DNA of 57,282 bases, counting the filler, from Sphacelaria rigidula (lineage: Eukaryota), in NCBI GenBank assembly GCA_964200075.2. It is 3 parts of 3 records of this genome, joined end to end, with 100 filler letters (N's around TTAATTAATTAA, not from the genome) between each part and the next. Parts side by side here need not be neighbours in the genome. Positions count along the whole stretch, not along the records: positions 38,258 to 57,282 come from CAXNAA020000747.1; 2 more parts are not named here. One strand, given 5' to 3'. Under the pieces are notes generated by a model. It made no database searches and was not told where the DNA came from. It was given only the letters and a program-made list of their open reading frames with translations. A program made the translations under genes and the position numbers. Below, in pieces: positions 50,868 to 57,282 of this stretch. Numbering within the stretch: the first letter of the stretch is position 1; the number at the start of each line of letters is the position of its first letter.

Positions 50868-51539
50868 ACACATGACGACTCTGACCTCTCAACTCAAATC
50901 GTTGTGCACATGACCCATACGTTTCACCTGCTATTGCACTCCTTGAACAACCCTGGCGTCCAAGCAAAGTCTTGTTGGTTATGCTCGACATAAACGCCTC
51001 GACTGGTGTAGTAGGTGTCGCCATATCTGTCCTAGCTAAAAAAATTGTCTTGTGTGCCTCGCATAGGTGTCGAATGAAGTGGTGTCAGCCAATGTGGACG
51101 TCGTGAGACTCCCGGTGACAGTAGGAAACGTCGACTGTGGCCGATGATTTTCCTCGTGTGATGTAGACGAGGATTGACCGTAAGTCGTGGGGTGCAGGCC
51201 ACTAGATCACTTGGGAAAGCTTGACGAGCGCGAGCGGGTTAACCAGAAGAAGTGGTCCCCAATGATTGATCGTAGTTCGCTGGACAGATCCCTGTTACCG
51301 TGGAGTCCCAGATCCGGCTGTACAGATATGGGAGTTTTTGTGCTCCCGGGAACCACCTCTGAAACAGCCGTTCACTAGGTTACACGTCTATTCTGGGATG
51401 ACAACACGTCAACACGTCATACGGGGAAATCTCTCCGCACATGCCAAAATGGCGATCTTCATATATAGGCGTAGAGTCACAGCAACTGTTGTACCCTGTC
51501 TTGTACAGGCAGTGCAGTACAGTAGTTAACGCAAGCACC

Positions 51540-51714
51540 ATGCTGCCTTTAGTGGCTTTCCTCGCTATACTTTTCCCACTAGCCATGATTTGGAAGGTGC
51601 TTGGGAATCCGTGTGCGTCAATTTTGAGGGCAGCTGGACTATTGTCGCCCCCTGCCGTCGTGCCGGACGTCGATCTTACTGGCCGCGTTGTCATCGTTAC
51701 TGGTGCAAACACAG
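51540..51714 (+). CDS. Short-chain dehydrogenase/reductase (RDH11/12-like), exon 1 only
   Basis: An N-terminal hydrophobic anchor (MLPLVAFLAILFPLAMIWKV) precedes DLTGRVVIVTGANTG, the start of the Rossmann TGxxxGxG motif. The exon ends at a phase-1 donor ACAG|GTAACC. The next exon was not found in the window. Confidence 0.85.
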
Positions 51715-51918
51715 GTAACCGCTGACTGTACATGTCTCTGATATCTGTCTCAGTCGCCCTTCCGGTTGCTCTTCTTTACCTCTCTCTACGTGTGCACGTT
51801 TGCGTATCTGCATGCATTTCTTTTCGTGGATCATGGGATTCATTGGCGTCGGCCCTGCGGCCAAGTCCGTGCCTGTCCAAGTATCGTCAGAAAGTCGCGT
51901 ATCATGTCAGGTCGATTC

Positions 51919-53299
51919 TGAGGCTCACCTCTCACCTCCCACAGTTGGGGGTAACTCAAAGTGAACTAGATATTTTTGCGCGAAGCGCGATTATGGTGAA
52001 GCGTTTGAACATCGCCACTCGGTCAAAATCGAGGACTCACCCGAAATTGGGGGGGAAACTATCGAATGGGACATCCACTGTATCACTGTGCTGCAGCACA
52101 ACCGACTCATGCTCTGTCTCGTGTGCTGTAGCTGTCGCTGCGCTGTGGCGTCTTCGGGCCTCTGTGGAGACGGTTTGGTCTCGCTGGGAATGCCTGGGCT
52201 AATTTATGTTGTCATTCCGTTCGTCTCTATGAACAATGATGTCAAGTCGGTACGCAGTGCTCTCTACACACTGTTGAAACGTTCATGGTGTGTTTGGCTG
52301 TTCCGTCTCGAGTCAAGCAAACAAGGTGCTTCCCAAACCCATCATTCCTATACTGTGGTTGTTGGCTGTGCTGTTGTGCATCTGAACACTCGACGACGAT
52401 CACGGTGCGATGTGCGCTGGAAAGTGCCTGAGTAGTTCTACTGCTGCATGCTGTGTTTCGGTCTGCACAGCATCGGGGTGGGATCAAAGGGCTCTCAAAA
52501 ACAAAGAAAGGTTGAAACAATCGTCACGTGACGGCTGTGCAGCTGTCTGTCGCATCTTCTCTGATCCCTCAATTATAATCGGGTGCTGTGATCGGGGAAG
52601 ACGCGCAAGGCGGGTGCAGGTTGGGGCAAACAAACTGAGCAAACACGGATCTGCTGTATCCTCGTTTAGTGACGGTAGCAGCTGTCTGCCTCGCAGCGGC
52701 GCAATGTGTGGGCCAATCAAAGCTGCTTTCCCCTCGTATCCCACTCGTTTTTCTCATCTTCCTTGGACCGCGAGGTTAGTCTTCTGTTGAATCGGCGTCG
52801 ATTTCAAGTGAAGAAACGTACGCATGATCCAGATAGACTAATCTCGCGGTGAAAGGGTTAAATTAAGGTCGCCGCATTTTGCTGTACTTGGGCCAACTCT
52901 AATGGGAGCGTTTGAAATTTTATTTGCAACATTTTCAGATATATATTTTTTCTGTCATCATGGTGAACGGGCACATATTACACAACTACGGCAGAGAAAA
53001 CAAAAAAGTCGTCTAAAATTATTGCAAAATGTAATTCTAAACGCTCCCCCAAGAGTTGGCCATAGAGACTGTGATTGGTCGAAAAACGTTTACACTTCTA
53101 ATTCTCGCCTCTATCTGTGGGCCCAGTACCATGCAGGACATGACATGTCCCATTCGAGCATTTTCCCCCTGATTTGGGTTGGTGAGTCGTTGATTTTGCC
53201 GAGTGGCGATTTTCAAACGCTCGACCGACCATAACGCGCTTCGCGCGAAAATGTTTTATTTCACTTTGAGTTATCCCCAACTGCAGACGGTGAGCCACA
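51919..53299. mobile_element. Non-autonomous DNA element with ~150-bp TIRs (TG.GGCTCACC...GGTGAGCCACA)
   Basis: 51919-52075 is the reverse complement of ~53143-53299. The interior is homologous, inverted, to ~25480-26535. Confidence 0.7.
52760..52861. mobile_element. 98-bp piggyBac-type MITE nested in a long-TIR element (another degenerate copy at ~36372-36452)
   Basis: CCTTGGACCGCGAGGTTAGTC..GACTAATCTCGCGGTGAAAGGG-TTAA. It is absent from the paralogous site at ~25640. Confidence 0.8.
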
Positions 53300-54004
53300 T
53301 TGAAGCCTACACTACACTACAACAGTAATGGGTACCGCTTACTCGTATCGAACTGACGAAACAGGTCAACCTCGAAGAAGTGATCTGGAGAATAAAGGTG
53401 AACGCAGTGTCACGTTCCTACGGCCGCTCCTTACAACAGACGAAAATAAATTTCAGGAAGTTCAACTCTTGGAGCTTTTACGTCATTTAGGCCCTACAAG
53501 AGAGCTACAACAGTACACAGGCTGGGCCGCCTAAAAAGCGGACTTTCCTTCAGCCGGTTCTAACTAACGATCTATCGCGAGTGGTGCCTACTATGACACA
53601 TCGTGGTAATCTGCAAATCAACGCGCGTCGTTCACTTCACGTAGCACTGCGATCTGACGAGTTCCTGTGAAACGAAATACCAAACTGCAGCCAGCTGCGA
53701 AGTGTAGAGAGTTGAGGGTGGCATGTGCAGCGGAATTAGGGGGGGTAACGGCTGAAATCGCATTTACGGTATCAGTCAGTTGTGCCGCGGCCACAAAGAA
53801 AGGGTGCTATACTACCTCCGGTTGTACAAGAAGGCATGCACTGTAGGCGCGCAGTGTCTGAGATGGCACGCAGACGAGACCTCCAGCGCGCCAAGGCGTC
53901 GCGCCTGTAGAAAACGTCAAAGTCCCGGCTGAGGTAATTGTACTCCAAAATCAAACGAACCGACTGTCGACAGAAAACGCGATTTCAATGCTCCATTTGA
54001 AGTT

Positions 54005-55730
54005 GCTTTCCATGAAATTTCGACACGATGTACATGGAGTGTATGTGGAGCCACTACCGTTTGCCCCTCTTTTTTATTTCATTTTCCTCGTATTTTATTG
54101 GTGATATAAATTTCGGAACAAATTTTCCTGGTACAAAAGCGTCGACAATTCATTGAAAACAAAAACGAAAATGTCAAGGGGGGCGTACTCATTTGTTGCT
54201 TGCCTTAGTCATTTGACCATTGACCACGCATCCCTTTCGAGACGGAGAAAATGTCAAGGGGGGGCAATAGGAACTTCACAACATACCTCATGCGCATCGT
54301 GTCGGAATTTCGTGAAAAAATACTTGAAATTAAAAAGCATAACCGCGTTTCAGTTTTCCGTGGCTGGAAATTCTCCACACGGGAACCAGTCTTAGACACG
54401 AACACGCGATTTAGCAGCTAAGTTTGAGGTGGTTTTCTAAAAACATTTGACACGATGTACAGGATGTATGTGCAAAGACGCCCCCGTTTGCCCCTTACAT
54501 TTTGGTTTTTTTCTCCGTGAGTTATCGGCGACCAAAAATTTCAGAACAGTTTTTTTACGGTCCAAAATCGTGAAAAACTCCAGGAAAAAAAAATGTACGG
54601 GGCAAATGGGGGCGTCTTTGCACGTACATCCTGAACATTGTGTCAAAATTTCATAGAAAACGACCCAACAATGACTTGCTACATCGCGTGTTCACATCCC
54701 TGTCCGCGTCTTCGGCGGCATAGCCTGTAGGGGAAGTTTGCAACCTTGGAATGACTTGCTCTACTAGTTAAGGCGGCTCCAGGATATCTTCCACTTTTCC
54801 GGTGGCCGCAGTTTATAGTTTGGCCAAACAATTTTTCTTGTCCAAGAATGGTCAAATCCAGAGAAAAATGGCGATTTTTTCTAGATTTGACTGGTTTTGA
54901 CAGTTCTTGGACAAACATTCTTGTCTGGCCGAAAAAAAAACTACGGCCACCGGCGACTAGGAAATTTTTCTGGAACCGCCTCAACGAGTGGAGCAAGTCT
55001 TTCCGAGGTATCAAACTCCGCCTAGCTCTTTTTTAGGGCGTAAAACGACGTAGAAGCCCCCGAAGGGCACTTTTCCAGATTTTCATCTATGTCTGTTTTA
55101 TGGAACGGCCTTTAGTCTGTGACGCCAGCCAGAAGAAGAACTGGTGGATCACTGCTGTTGAGGGACCCCCCAGTCTCACTGGCCTCAGTTTCAGTTGTTA
55201 GCCTTCACAACATCTCATTGTCAGGAGTGTCCTTCCAGGCACCAACCTCCTCGACACGCAGGGTATCATCTCGGCCATTATCCAGATCATCACTGCCAAC
55301 TCAACGTAACCTGGTGACGGCGTATTTTCGTCAAAAGGCGGAGTTTGACCGCTTGGAATGATTTGCTCTACTCGTTGAGGCGGGTCCAGGACATCTTGCC
55401 GTTTTCTGGTGACCGCAGTTCTCATTTTGGCCAAACAAGAACGTTTGTCCAAGCACGGTCAAGTCCAGAGGAAAATGGCGATTTTTTCTAGATTCGAGTG
55501 TTTTTGACCGTTTTTCGACAAAAAATCTTGTTCGGCCAAAATGAAGACTGCGGCCACTGGAGAACGGCAAGATGTCCTGAAACTGCGTCAACTAGTAGAG
55601 CAAGTCATCACAAGGTGTCAACCTACGCCTAGCTCTCTTTTAGGGCGTGAAACGACGTCGAAGCTAAAAAAAGGCACTTTTCATATTTTAATTCGTGTCT
55701 GTTGTAAGGAGCGGCCTAAAGTGCTTTTGT
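54005..55730. repeat. Array of palindromic units plus ~380-bp tandem duplication; related pieces at 5490-5860, 28860-29290 and 53400-53540
   Basis: 54432-54660 is a palindrome with ~80-bp arms. The motif GACACGATGTACA..GTATGTG recurs in alternating orientation. 54740-55120 is similar to 55345-55725. Confidence 0.7.
54167..54263 (-). mobile_element. 5'-truncated non-LTR retroposon 3' end (63 bp) with 17-bp TSD, inserted at a G-tract
   Basis: GAAAATGTCAAGGGGGG is duplicated at 54167-54183 and 54247-54263 around an insert shared with other copies. Confidence 0.8.
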
Positions 55731-57234
55731 ACACTCGGATCCTGTGAACAAATTTGATGTGTCGTGCAGTACTTCGTTGAAGCAGTATCTGGTCCCACTT
55801 CGTGAGACAGAAAAAAGGCCTGGAGACTGGTGGGAGAATCCAACGTCGTGTCATCAGCAAATGCCTTCCTCAACACCTATCCAATAGTCGCATGCATGGC
55901 ATTTTACTGACGGCCATCGACACCTGAAGAGGGTACCGTAGTCGGATTTTTTATTTGAGGCCATAGGTGTGGCGCCGATATAAGGGTGAAAATGTGTGTA
56001 CGCGTGTGTTGGTCATCCCATCTATTCTGGACGCCAGTTTACACCTTTCGGCACATGTGGGTGCATCAGTCGGGTTTAACCTGGAGGAAGATTAATGTGA
56101 AGGTTGTATTTTTTATTTGTATCTGAACTCTACCTTCTTCATATGCGGTGCTCGCGTTTCTTTGTATCGTGGGAAGGATCCGGCGCTCCCTTTTCCTCCT
56201 CGACGGTGAAATCGAACGGTGTGTACCCACGACATGGTGGCTCTCTAGAAAGGTACCTCGGCCAATCAGCGGCCTTTGAATCATTCTGAAATAAAAAATA
56301 TCAAGTCCAATTTTCCAGTAGGCGTTTACTTCATAGGCTTTCGCATAATTCGTATAAGTTGTGTTTTTTTTTCGGTGTTGCACACTAAACTCAAGTAATT
56401 GTAACGCCACGGCGGGGTTTCCACTTCAAAATTACGCTTTTTTTAAAAAGACGCAAAATGTTTCGGGGGAAAAACGCAGTAGAAGCACCAGCCTAATTCC
56501 CACCAGCCTAATTCCCAACCCAATTTTGACCCGATCTCCACATGCTTGACATTGTAGTAACCGCCATATTCTCGGGAAGCTAACGGAAAGAAAAAATTAG
56601 AGGACGGGGGCCGACTTATACCCAACACCGTGTTTTGTCGGTGATGTGGGGTTTCGACTTCGTCGGATTTCCGCTGATGGTGGGCACCAGAGATCAGAAA
56701 GCCTCCTGACGGTTTCCCCCATAAATGTTAAAAGCTCTGACCGCTCTCGAATTTCGCAGCTCGGCAGGTATTGAAGCTCCACTCGGAAGAAGGTAATGTT
56801 AAAAAAAAAATGAAATTTCTCCGCTCTGTACGGGCGGCCGAGGGTCTTCACGCTGGGACCCCCGGAAGCCGGTACAGAACACCGCATGCGTGCGGCATAA
56901 TTCATGGAGCATTTCCCGTGTACAAGGTTTCGATGCGTAAATCGACGACTTGGTAAATTCTTTTTTGTCCAAGTTTAAACGCACCCCAGGAAGACGTTTC
57001 TATACAAACATTAAGGAGTGAGGAGTTTGCGCCGGGCACGAGAAACTTCATCGCACAAAAGCGCAAAGCTTTACGCCATCTTGGTAGTCCCACTCTGAAA
57101 ATTTGTACACATGCACTATGGGCCATAAAAAAAGACGAGTTTCGCTTGGTTTTTACTTTTGTTCATGTTTTTCGCCCGTTTTCGGGGTTCCAGAGGGCAC
57201 AGGACGCCCGATAATCCCAAAACTCCGAGAAACA

Positions 57235-57282
57235 GGGGGGGGGGCGTACTCATTTGTTGCTTGCCTTAGTCATTTGGCCATT
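57235..57282 (-). mobile_element. G-tract retroposon copy cut by the window end
   Basis: A G10 run is followed by CGTACTCATTTGTTGCTTGCCTTAGTCATTTGGCCATT. Confidence 0.75.

Noticed and set aside
55625-55720. LLGRETTSKLKKGTFHILIRVC resembling SDR exon 2
   Set aside because: It lies in a repeat also present at ~29200 and ~55030, and splicing at the adjacent TTTAG in phase 1 would not restore the GxG motif.

Overview
Eukaryotic, intron-rich, transposon-dense DNA, most likely from a brown alga (inferred from a bipartite plastid-targeting peptide, multi-kb GT-AG/GC-AG introns and repeat style). Two 100-nt scaffolding spacers (N44-TTAATTAATTAA-N44) split the window into three contigs that may not be truly adjacent. 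Four host genes can be reconstructed by hand: a 5-exon SCL/SRSF10-type SR splicing factor (minus), head-to-head with a plastid NFU Fe-S scaffold gene (plus, 3' part missing); a ~1,260-aa two-TM RING-H2 protein (minus) that appears to use two GC-AG introns; and exon 1 of an RDH-type short-chain dehydrogenase (plus). The rest is mostly mobile DNA. The most interesting signals are: (i) a candidate PTC-bearing poison exon with 10 UCAAG motifs in the SR gene; (ii) a retroposon family that inserts at G-tracts, ends in a C-run instead of poly(A), and has 13-17 bp TSDs and a structured 3' end; (iii) two decayed XPG-nuclease + Cys-cluster elements resembling AcademX transposons; (iv) 98-bp TTAA/piggyBac-type MITEs in tandem chains; (v) a hairpin with a flip/flop-inverted loop. 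All coordinates and alignments were read by eye and no database search was run.
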